NCBI GenBank assembly: GCA_040905805.1
Contig: JBBDQS010000048.1
Location: forward strand, 1 to 32,000
DNA from: Egibacteraceae bacterium
GTDB taxonomy: Bacteria; Actinomycetota; Nitriliruptoria; Euzebyales; Egibacteraceae
Length of the DNA stretch: 32,000 bases
Direction: 5' to 3'
The notes under the pieces were generated by a model. That model was given only the letters and a program-made list of their open reading frames with translations, was not told the DNA's origin and did not search any database. Each line of letters opens with the position of its first letter. Positions within the stretch are counted from its first letter, which is position 1. The position numbers and the translations under genes were made by a program. This document shows positions 7,833 through 14,690 of the stretch, piece after piece.

Positions 7833-9380
7833 GTGACGACCACGGATCCCACCGCAGACACCTACGACGTCATCGTCGTGGGCGCGGGGCTCGGCGGGCT
7901 GTCGGCCGCCGCGCTCCTGGCCAAGGCCGGGCAGCACGTGCTCGTCGTCGAGCGCCAGGACGGGCCGGGTGGGTACGCGCATACGTTCCGCCGCGACGGG
8001 CGGGTCTTCGACCCGGCCATCCACGTCCTCGTGGAGGGCAAGGAGGGACGCAGCGTCGACCTGCTGCTGCGCCACCTCGAGGTGCGGGAGCGCTGCGACC
8101 TCGTCCGTCTTCCCGACCTCTACCGGACGGCCTTCCCGGACTTCGAGCTGACGGTCCCCTCCGGTCACGACGCGATCATCGACGCGCACGTCAGCCGCTT
8201 CCCCCACGAGGCGGATGGGATCCGGGCGCTCTACGATCTGCACGCCCGCTTCTTCCAGGACGCCACGCACCTGGCCATGCAGGTCTCCCTGCGCAATCTC
8301 GACGACATGGTCCGGGACTTCCCGACGTTCTTCCGTTACCGCAACGCCACCGTCGCCGACGTCCTCGACGAGTGCCTGCAGGATCCCCGCGCCAAGGCGG
8401 TGTGCTCGGCGATGTGGCCGTACCTGGGGCTGCCGCCGTCACGCCTGTCGTTCTTCGTCTTCTCCCAGGTCACCAGCGTGGTGGTCGACGGGGGCTCCTA
8501 CTACAGCCGCGGTAGCTTCCAGCGCGTGGCGGACGCGCTCGTCGAGGCACTCGCCCGCGACGGCGGGGAGCTCGCCGTCGGCACCGAGGTGACCAGCATC
8601 GTCGTGGAGGGGGGCCAGGCGCGCGGTGTGCGGCTGGCTGACGGCCGGCAGCTGCGTGCCCCCGTCGTCATCTCCAACGCCGACGCACGGCTCACGTTCG
8701 AGCAGCTGGTCGGTCCCGAGCACCTGCCGGCGCGGTTCGTCAGGCGTCTCCAGCGCTTCGAGCCCGCCCTGTCGGCCTACGTGCTCTACGCCGCCACCGA
8801 CATGGACCTGGCCGCCGCCGGCGCGGTGCACGAGACCTTCGTCTACCGCCACTGGGACCACGACGACACCTACCGCGACATCCTTGCCGGCGAGCCGGGT
8901 GGGATGTGGGTGAACGTCCCCACGATCGTGGACCCCTCCCTGGCGCCGCCCGGCGAGCACCTGCTCATCCTCACCGCCCTCGCCCCCTACGAGCTCGAGC
9001 GTCCCTGGGACCAGGAGAAGGATCGCTTCAGCGAGTCGGTGATGGCCGATCTCGACCGTCTCTACCCGGGGGTCTGCGGGCACATCACCTTCGCCGAGTC
9101 CGCGACGCCGGAGACGCTCCAGCGGCGCACCCTGAACCACCGCGGCGCAATCTACGGCTGGGCGGTGACGCCCCAGCAGGTGGGCAGCAAGCGCCTCCAC
9201 CACGACACCCCCATCGACGGGCTCTACCTGTCGGGGCACTGGACCGAGGAGGGTCCGAGCTCCTTCCGCGTCCTGCTGTCGGGGGTCATGACAGCCCGGA
9301 TGGTGGCGGCACACCGGGGGCTTGCCCACGACGCGGTCCCGACCTTCCGTCCCACCGACCTCCCCGACCTGGTCGGGTAG
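7833..9380 (+). CDS. Phytoene-desaturase-family (CrtI-like) FAD/NAD(P)-dependent oxidoreductase
   Basis: GTG start. The N-terminal dinucleotide fold 'YDVIVVGAGLGGLSAAALLAKAGQHVLVVERQDGPGGYA' and a C-terminal 'LYLSGHWTEEGPS' FAD motif match the layout typical of the CrtI/amine-oxidase family. Confidence 0.8.
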   Translation: MTTTDPTADTYDVIVVGAGLGGLSAAALLAKAGQHVLVVERQDGPGGYAHTFRRDGRVFDPAIHVLVEGKEGRSVDLLLRHLEVRERCDLVRLPDLYRTAFPDFELTVPSGHDAIIDAHVSRFPHEADGIRALYDLHARFFQDATHLAMQVSLRNLDDMVRDFPTFFRYRNATVADVLDECLQDPRAKAVCSAMWPYLGLPPSRLSFFVFSQVTSVVVDGGSYYSRGSFQRVADALVEALARDGGELAVGTEVTSIVVEGGQARGVRLADGRQLRAPVVISNADARLTFEQLVGPEHLPARFVRRLQRFEPALSAYVLYAATDMDLAAAGAVHETFVYRHWDHDDTYRDILAGEPGGMWVNVPTIVDPSLAPPGEHLLILTALAPYELERPWDQEKDRFSESVMADLDRLYPGVCGHITFAESATPETLQRRTLNHRGAIYGWAVTPQQVGSKRLHHDTPIDGLYLSGHWTEEGPSSFRVLLSGVMTARMVAAHRGLAHDAVPTFRPTDLPDLVG

Positions 9381-9395
9381 GAAGGAGCGCCCAAC

Positions 9396-9926
9396 GTGAC
9401 CACCGCCGACGAGCACAAGCAGATCGTCCTGCGCTACATCGAGGAGGTCTGGAACAAGAACGACCCCTCGAGGTTCGACGAGTTCGTCGCCCCCGACGCG
9501 GTCTTCCACGACCTCGTCCGGGAGGGCAGCTTCCCGCCCGGCAGGGCCGCCGCGCAGGAGAACATGCGCCGGTTCCAGAAGGCATTCGGGCCGGACATGA
9601 CGATGGAGATCCACGACGTCATCGCGGAGGGCGACCGGGTCGTGTTCCGCTTCACGTCCGACGCCGTGCACCGCGGTGAGTTCCAGGGATTCCCCCCGAC
9701 CTACCGTTCGGGGACGGTGAACGGCCTCGTCGTCGTGCGCATGGAGGACGGGCGCATCGCCGAGGGCTGGGCGGAGCTCGACCAGATGGGCGTGGCGCGC
9801 CAGCTCGGTCTCATGCCCGGGCGGATGCCCCGTCCGCTGGCCCGGGCCATGGTGGCCGGTATCCGCCTCCGCGACCGGCTGGCCCGGCGCCGCTCGTCGG
9901 GGGACCGACCCGAGGCGACCCGGTAG
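9396..9926 (+). CDS. SnoaL-like (NTF2-fold, ester-cyclase-type) protein with a basic C-terminal tail
   Basis: GAAGGAG lies 9 nt upstream of GTG 9396. 'HKQIVLRYIEEVWNKNDPSRFDEFVAPDAVFHD' and 'DVIAEGDRVVFRFT...RMEDGRIAEGW' are typical of SnoaL-like polyketide-cyclase-family proteins. It is a paralog of the 12337-12843 product. Confidence 0.7.
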   Translation: MTTADEHKQIVLRYIEEVWNKNDPSRFDEFVAPDAVFHDLVREGSFPPGRAAAQENMRRFQKAFGPDMTMEIHDVIAEGDRVVFRFTSDAVHRGEFQGFPPTYRSGTVNGLVVVRMEDGRIAEGWAELDQMGVARQLGLMPGRMPRPLARAMVAGIRLRDRLARRRSSGDRPEATR

Positions 9927-9959
9927 CGACGTCAACCGAATCGAGTCGCGGGAGCAGCC

Positions 9960-10403
9960 ATGCCCAGCGCAGCGGACCGTGTCAGGAACGTCTTTCCCTC
10001 GCTCATCCTGCGCTCGCCCCTGCACCCGATCATGAGCGGTCGCTATGCGATCATCGAGTTCACCGGCCGCAAGAGCGGTCGCCGCTACGCCACGCCGATC
10101 GCCTACGTCCGCGACGGCGACCGTGTCCTGCTGTCGACCGACTCGCCGTGGTGGCGCAACGTGGCCGGGGGTGCCCCGGTGCGCCTGCGCTTGCGGGGTC
10201 GCACCGTCGCGGGCACGGCGACGGCGATCACCGACCCCGAGGAGGCCGCGGCCATCATCCGCCGACTGCTCGACGCGATCCCCTCCTATGCCAAACCGGC
10301 GCATCTGGCCCGGGAGGGCGGGCGGGTGAGCGACGCGGAGGTCGCGCGCGGCGTGGCCGCGGGCCGGGTCGGCATCGAGGTCGTCCTCGAGGGGTCGCGG
10401 TGA
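9960..10403 (+). CDS. Deazaflavin (F420)-dependent nitroreductase-family / split-barrel oxidoreductase (DUF385-like)
   Basis: 'FTGRKSGRRYATPIAYVRDGDRVLLSTDSPWWRNV' resembles the GRKSG..tP...W(Y)RN signature of the F420H2-dependent quinone reductase family. GGGAG lies upstream of ATG 9960. Confidence 0.55.
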   Translation: MPSAADRVRNVFPSLILRSPLHPIMSGRYAIIEFTGRKSGRRYATPIAYVRDGDRVLLSTDSPWWRNVAGGAPVRLRLRGRTVAGTATAITDPEEAAAIIRRLLDAIPSYAKPAHLAREGGRVSDAEVARGVAAGRVGIEVVLEGSR

Positions 10404-10855
10404 TGCTCGTCGAGATCGCACTGGTGGCGACGATCGTGCTCGTCGGGGTGGTGGCCGGCAACGAGATCGGGACGCTCGTGGTCATCCACCCCGCCCTGGA
10501 CCGGGTTCCCTACGCGTCCGGGCGGCCCGCCGCCCAAGCGGTCGTCGCGCGCTTCGGGCGGGTCATGCCCGTGCTGATGCCGATCACGATCGCCGTGACG
10601 TTCGTCACGGCGTTGGTCCTCGACGGCACCCCATCCGTGCTGCTGCTCCTCGCCGGCGCGGCGCTGGTCGCGATGCTCATCGTGACCTTCGCCGGTCTCA
10701 TGCCGCTCAACACCAGCCAGCTCGGGGCTGATGAGACCACGCCGGCGGACGAGTGGTACGGCTGGCGTGCACGGTGGCTGCGGCTGCACGCCGTGCGGGT
10801 CGTCTGCGACCTGGCCGCGCTCGTCCTGGTCGCGGTGGCCGCCGTCGTCCGCTGA
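10403..10855 (+). CDS. Small 4-TM membrane protein, DUF1772 / anthrone-oxygenase-like
   Basis: ATG 10403 shares its A with the upstream TGA (TGATG). There are four hydrophobic segments, and the 'GLMPLNTSQL...WRARWLRLHAVRV' tail resembles DUF1772. The track ORF start at 10148 overlaps the previous gene and is rejected. Confidence 0.5.
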   Translation: MLVEIALVATIVLVGVVAGNEIGTLVVIHPALDRVPYASGRPAAQAVVARFGRVMPVLMPITIAVTFVTALVLDGTPSVLLLLAGAALVAMLIVTFAGLMPLNTSQLGADETTPADEWYGWRARWLRLHAVRVVCDLAALVLVAVAAVVR

Positions 10856-10926
10856 CGGTGCCGGCGGGTTAGACTCCAAGGCGCGAGAAGGGCGGTCGGC
10901 GTCGGGTGCCGGCGGGAGGGGGCTCC

Positions 10927-11157
10927 ATGGCAGGGACCAGGGTGCTCGTCGTCGGCGGCGGCCTCGGCGGTGTGGTCGCTGTCATCGCCCTCCGGCAGGC
11001 AGGGCTGGACGCCGTCGTGTTCGAAGCTGCCCGGTCGGTCGAGGACGTGCTGCGCCTGGCAGCCGAGTGCACGGGCTTCGAGGAAGACCGCAAGGGTGTC
11101 ACGGACATGGAGGCAGTGCCGGGCGCTCGTCCGGAAAGGGGTGGTGAGGTGACATGA
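10927..11157 (+). pseudogene. Remnant of an FAD-dependent monooxygenase (N-terminal Rossmann segment plus a short internal piece)
   Basis: 'TRVLVVGGGLGGVVAVIALRQAGLDAVVFE' parallels 'KRVLIIGGGIGGTAAGVALRQAGLDAQVFE' of the adjacent full-length gene. The ORF is only 76 codons. It retains GGGAGGGGG + ATG, and its stop overlaps the ATG at 11154. Confidence 0.6.
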
Positions 11158-12350
11158 CAACCAGCGCAAAGCGCGTGCTGATCATCGGCGGCGGCATCGG
11201 CGGGACCGCGGCAGGGGTGGCGCTGCGGCAGGCCGGGCTCGACGCGCAGGTGTTCGAACGGTCCCCTGATCTTGCCCGGACCCATGTCGGCGGTTGCTAC
11301 GTCCTGTGGTTCGCGGGCGTGATGTCGTTGTCCCAGCTCGGTCTCGCGGACAAGGTCCATGCGCGCGGGCACCCGGTCACGCGCTTCGAGATGTGCGGCG
11401 CGAACGCCCGCGTGCTGAGCGCCGCCGACGTCGGCGAGCACGGACAGTCGCTCGGGGTGATGCCGGTGGCGGTCCGCCGGGCCGACCTCCTCGGTGTGCT
11501 CACCGACGCGCTCGACAAGGACGCGCTGCACCTCGGCGCGACCTTCCGGGATGTGGTGCAGGACTCGGTCACGGTGACCGCCACGTTCACCGACGGACGC
11601 CGGGAGAGCGGCGACGTCCTCGTCGGCTCCGACGGGCTCGACTCGTCCGTGCGCGCCCACCTGCACGGTCTCGAGCCGGCCCGACATCCCGGGTACGCCC
11701 ACTGGTCGGCGATCGCGGACGGCGACGGCGGCGCGCCTCCAGGGGTGTTCCGCGTCCTGCACGGCGACGGCGCCCGGTTCGCGTTCTTCCACATCGGTGA
11801 CGGGCGGGTGTGCTGGTGGTGCGTCCGCAACGCCCCGCCGGGACCGGCAGGTGACCGCTACGGCGACTACGACGAGCTGACCTCGTTCTTCCGCGGGTGG
11901 GACCCGACAGCCGCCGCGCTCCTGGCGGCGACCCCCCCGAAGGCCATCCACCGGCGTGACACGCTCGACCGGCCGCCGCTGCGCCGCTGGGGTCGCGGCA
12001 GGGTCACGTTGCTCGGCGACGCCGCGCACGCCATGACCTTCGACCTCGGCCAGGGCGCCGGCACGTCCCTGACGGACGCGGTCACCCTGGCCGCCCACCT
12101 GTCCGACAAGCCCGTGCTCGCCGGGCTGCGCACCTACGAGGACCTGCGGCGCTGGGTCACCACACCGCTGGTGCGGATGTCGCGGCTGGTCGGCGCCGCC
12201 TCCTCGTGGGACTGGCCGTTGGGCCCCAAGCTGAACGAGGCCTTCGTGGCCGCAGGCCGGCGGGGAGGGACGGTCGGGGCCCTGAAGCGCGACCTGCGGG
12301 GGCACCCGGCGATGCTGACCGAACGAGGAGGCGAACGTGCCGACACCTGA
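11154..12350 (+). CDS. FAD-dependent aromatic-ring monooxygenase (group A flavoprotein hydroxylase, UbiH/salicylate-hydroxylase-like)
   Basis: Motifs present: GxGxxG 'VLIIGGGIGGTAAG', 'VLVGSDGLDSSVR' (DG motif) and 'LLGDAAHAMTFDLGQGAGTSLTDA' (GD motif). Confidence 0.85.
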   Translation: MTTSAKRVLIIGGGIGGTAAGVALRQAGLDAQVFERSPDLARTHVGGCYVLWFAGVMSLSQLGLADKVHARGHPVTRFEMCGANARVLSAADVGEHGQSLGVMPVAVRRADLLGVLTDALDKDALHLGATFRDVVQDSVTVTATFTDGRRESGDVLVGSDGLDSSVRAHLHGLEPARHPGYAHWSAIADGDGGAPPGVFRVLHGDGARFAFFHIGDGRVCWWCVRNAPPGPAGDRYGDYDELTSFFRGWDPTAAALLAATPPKAIHRRDTLDRPPLRRWGRGRVTLLGDAAHAMTFDLGQGAGTSLTDAVTLAAHLSDKPVLAGLRTYEDLRRWVTTPLVRMSRLVGAASSWDWPLGPKLNEAFVAAGRRGGTVGALKRDLRGHPAMLTERGGERADT

Positions 12351-12843
12351 GGAGAACAAGGCGGTCATCCGCCGCTACCTCGAAGAGGCCTGGAACCGGG
12401 GCGACTGGACGGTCGCGGAGGAGGTCGTCGCCGAGGACGCGGTCTTCCACGACCAGGTCCGGGAGGGCGAGCTGCCACCCGGCCGGGAGGGCGTGCGCGT
12501 CGCCATGGAGCGGGTCCGCACCGGGATGCCCGACATGACCATGGACATCCACGAGGTCGTCGCCGAAGGCGACATGGTCGTCGTGCGTTGGAGCGCGACG
12601 GCAACCCAGGCGGGGCCCTTCAACGGCATCCCGCCGACCGACCGTGTCGCCACGCTGCACGCCATCAGCATGGTCCGCATGAAGGACGGACGCATCGTGG
12701 AGGGCTGGCAGGAGGCGGACAGGATGGGGCTGGCCCAACAGCTCGGGCTCATGCCCAAGGGGCAGATGCCCCGCCCGGTGGCCGGTGCGCTGGCCTTCGG
12801 GATCCGCTGCAAGGACCGCCTGGCCCGGCGGCGCCGGCGCTAG
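12337..12843 (+). CDS. SnoaL-like (NTF2-fold) protein with a basic C-terminal tail, paralog of 9396-9926
   Basis: GAGGAGG lies upstream of GTG 12337, which overlaps the monooxygenase gene by 14 nt. 'NKAVIRRYLEEAWNRGDW...AVFHD' and 'VVAEGDMVVVRWS...MKDGRIVEGW' are present. The tail is 'QLGLMPKGQMPRPVAGALAFGIRCKDRLARRRRR'. Confidence 0.7.
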   Translation: MPTPEENKAVIRRYLEEAWNRGDWTVAEEVVAEDAVFHDQVREGELPPGREGVRVAMERVRTGMPDMTMDIHEVVAEGDMVVVRWSATATQAGPFNGIPPTDRVATLHAISMVRMKDGRIVEGWQEADRMGLAQQLGLMPKGQMPRPVAGALAFGIRCKDRLARRRRR

Positions 12844-12844
12844 C

Positions 12845-13927
12845 TCATGCGGGGGTGGCGGCGGTCCAGTCGACGACGACGCCTGCGTAGATCCACTTGG
12901 TCGCCTCCACACCGATGAGCACCACCCGCTGTTCGGGTTGGATCATGCCCCTGCGCCACGCGTGGTCGAGGAACAGCGGCACCGCCGCGGAGCCGCAAGC
13001 CCCGGTCATGGCGAGGTTGTCGAAGATCTTGCCCTCCATCGCCTTCCACTCGTCGGTCAGCAGACCGTGCTCGGCAAGCGAGTCGAGCATCCACCCGACG
13101 TTGCCCTCGGGGATCAGGCACCAGTCGACGCTCTCGGCGGCGATGCCGCTGCGGCCGAGGGTGTCCGCGAGCGAATCCACCACCATCTGCGGGGTGAAGT
13201 CGCCGGCGCCGACCACGTCGACCTGGAGGTCGACCAGGCGCTTCCTGCTCAGCTGCTCGTGGATCGGCGCGTGCGTGCCGCCACCGATCGAGTGGATCCC
13301 CGCCTTCCTGGTGCCACCGATGGCGCACTGCGCCGAGCCGATGATCCCGCCCTGGTCGCTGTCGGTGGCCTGTAGCACGAAGGCTCCGGCCCCGTCCCCG
13401 AACATGTACAGGGGCAGCCGGTCACGCATGCGGATCTTGTTCGGGTCCTTGCCCACGAACACCGGAGCCATGACCGGCGAGATCGCCTCGCTGCCCACGA
13501 CGAGGGCGAACTCGTGGTCACCGCGCTCCAGCATCATCCGCGCGATGTCGAGCCCCTGGACACCGCCCGCGCCCCCGGACCGCAGCTCCATGGTGGCGCA
13601 GCGCTCGAGACCGAGCCGCTCCTGCAGCAGGTTCACACACGCGGGCAGGTGGTACTCGGGGGTCCCGGTGGACTGGATCATCAGGCCGAGCTGACCCGCT
13701 TCGACCCCGGCGGTCTCCAAGGCCCTGACCGTCGCCTTGTAGGCCATGTCGGTGTTGCTCTCGTGGTGCTCGCCGGTCTCGGGGTCGATCATCCAGTACC
13801 GCTGCTGGATCGAGATGCCCTCCTGCACGTCGGGGGAGAGCGACCCGACCAACCGCTCGATCTGGTCGTTGTCGATCGGGTCACCGGGCTGGTAACCCCC
13901 CGTGCCGATGATGTGCACCCTGCCCAT
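12845..13927 (-). CDS. KAS-III (FabH)-fold protein lacking the canonical Cys-His-Asn triad
   Basis: By eye it is collinear with E. coli FabH ('FGDGAGAFVL', 'LVVGSEAIS', 'SAAVPLFLD'). The three catalytic positions read Gly ('ELRSGGAGGVQGL'), Pro/Glu ('DWCLIPEGNVGW') and Ala ('MTGACGSAAVP'). Confidence 0.8.
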   Translation of the reverse strand: MGRVHIIGTGGYQPGDPIDNDQIERLVGSLSPDVQEGISIQQRYWMIDPETGEHHESNTDMAYKATVRALETAGVEAGQLGLMIQSTGTPEYHLPACVNLLQERLGLERCATMELRSGGAGGVQGLDIARMMLERGDHEFALVVGSEAISPVMAPVFVGKDPNKIRMRDRLPLYMFGDGAGAFVLQATDSDQGGIIGSAQCAIGGTRKAGIHSIGGGTHAPIHEQLSRKRLVDLQVDVVGAGDFTPQMVVDSLADTLGRSGIAAESVDWCLIPEGNVGWMLDSLAEHGLLTDEWKAMEGKIFDNLAMTGACGSAAVPLFLDHAWRRGMIQPEQRVVLIGVEATKWIYAGVVVDWTAATPA

Positions 13928-14111
13928 GCTGCCCGCTTTCGCTCAAAGGCCCGGCGGCCATGTTCCCCCTCCGCCTCATGAGGGTCAAGGCCCATCCGTT
14001 CCGTCGCAGCCCGTAGACGGGCGTCGCGGCCGGGTGTAGGTTCCGGTGGTTGGGGCCGGGGGACTGTCGCACGGTGATGGGCGGCCCTGGGGCGAGGGAA
14101 AGGTGGGGCAC

Positions 14112-14600
14112 ATGGCTGTGCAACAGGCGCCAGACTTCACGATCGGCCACCTCGAAGGTCATACGGTGAGCCTGAGCGACCACCCGGGGAAGAAGGTGGT
14201 GATGTTCGCGGCGCGCAACAGCGCTGACCAGGCGAAGCAGGCGACCCAGGCGATCCGCCAGCGCTACGACGCCGAGGAGTTGCCGGTCCTGCTGATCGTC
14301 GACGTCAGCAGCCTCCCGCGGGTGATGCATCGTGTCGCCAAGTCGCAGCTGAAGAAGGGCTACGCCGAGGCCGTCGAGATGGCGAAGGCCGACTACGCGC
14401 AGCAGGGGAAGGCCTTTCCCGCGGATGCGTCCAAGGTCGTGGTCATGCTGCCGGACTACGACGGCTCGGTCACGGCCGGCTTCGACGTGGGCGACGTCGA
14501 CAAGGCGGCGGTCGCGGTGCTCGTGGACGAGGGCGGCAAGGTGCTGGGCAGCGCGTCAGGCCCCGGGGCCGGCGAGCAGATCCTTCAGCTGCTCGGCTGA
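14112..14600 (+). CDS. Thioredoxin-fold (redoxin/AhpC-TSA-like) protein with no cysteine
   Basis: ATG 14112 lies inside track ORF 14046..14600, after GGGAAAGGTGGGG. 'APDFTIGHLEGHTVSLSDHPGKKVVMF' is the usual redoxin N-terminus. The following CxxC/TxxC position reads 'AARNSADQ', and the whole protein has no Cys. Confidence 0.5.
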   Translation: MAVQQAPDFTIGHLEGHTVSLSDHPGKKVVMFAARNSADQAKQATQAIRQRYDAEELPVLLIVDVSSLPRVMHRVAKSQLKKGYAEAVEMAKADYAQQGKAFPADASKVVVMLPDYDGSVTAGFDVGDVDKAAVAVLVDEGGKVLGSASGPGAGEQILQLLG

Positions 14601-14603
14601 CCG

Positions 14604-14645
14604 CCGGTCGCCGTCGACCGAGGTTGTCCCGGTCGCCGTCGACCG
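14604..14645. promoter_or_regulatory. Two perfect copies of CCGGTCGCCGTCGACCG (each an internal CGGTCG-N4-CGACCG palindrome), 25 bp apart
   Basis: The copies at 14604-14620 and 14629-14645 are identical. They lie in the 90-bp gap between the redoxin-fold stop (14600) and the halogenase-like ATG (14691). I propose them as a candidate operator for a dimeric regulator. Confidence 0.35.
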
Positions 14646-14690
14646 GCAGTCCGGGCTCTGGTACCTCCGGCGGACGGGGAGGAGGAAGAC

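Noticed and set aside
6159-8270. Very long ORFs antisense to, or out of frame with, the called genes. Examples: 6159..8270(-), 8439..10421(-), 10869..12368(-), 4034..5791(+), 18390..21065(+), 23469..25622(+), 26217..29138(+), 22513..24927(-).
   Set aside because: Their translations are monotonous Arg/Gly/Pro/Ala/His strings with no recognisable motifs. They overlap ORFs that carry clear family signatures. Stop-codon-poor off-frames are expected in DNA this GC-rich.
10148-10402. N-terminal extension of track ORF 10148..10855, and similar extensions of 272..1195, 1905..2510, 2204..3778, 14046..14600, 16117..17211, 16995..18407, 27846..29996 and 30096..31712.
   Set aside because: The extensions overlap the preceding gene in another frame and are Arg/Gly-rich. 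They lie upstream of an internal start codon that has a good Shine-Dalgarno sequence and coincides with where family homology begins.
425-12843. Interpreting the locus as a classical aromatic (minimal) type II PKS, given the SnoaL-like, anthrone-oxygenase-like and aromatic-hydroxylase-like genes.
   Set aside because: Two FabZ-like dehydratase genes are interleaved with the KS genes. The KS partner has Asp or fully degenerate sites rather than the CLF Gln. No ARO/CYC (TcmN/TcmI-type) genes are present. I favour a highly reducing type II system, but phylogeny should decide.
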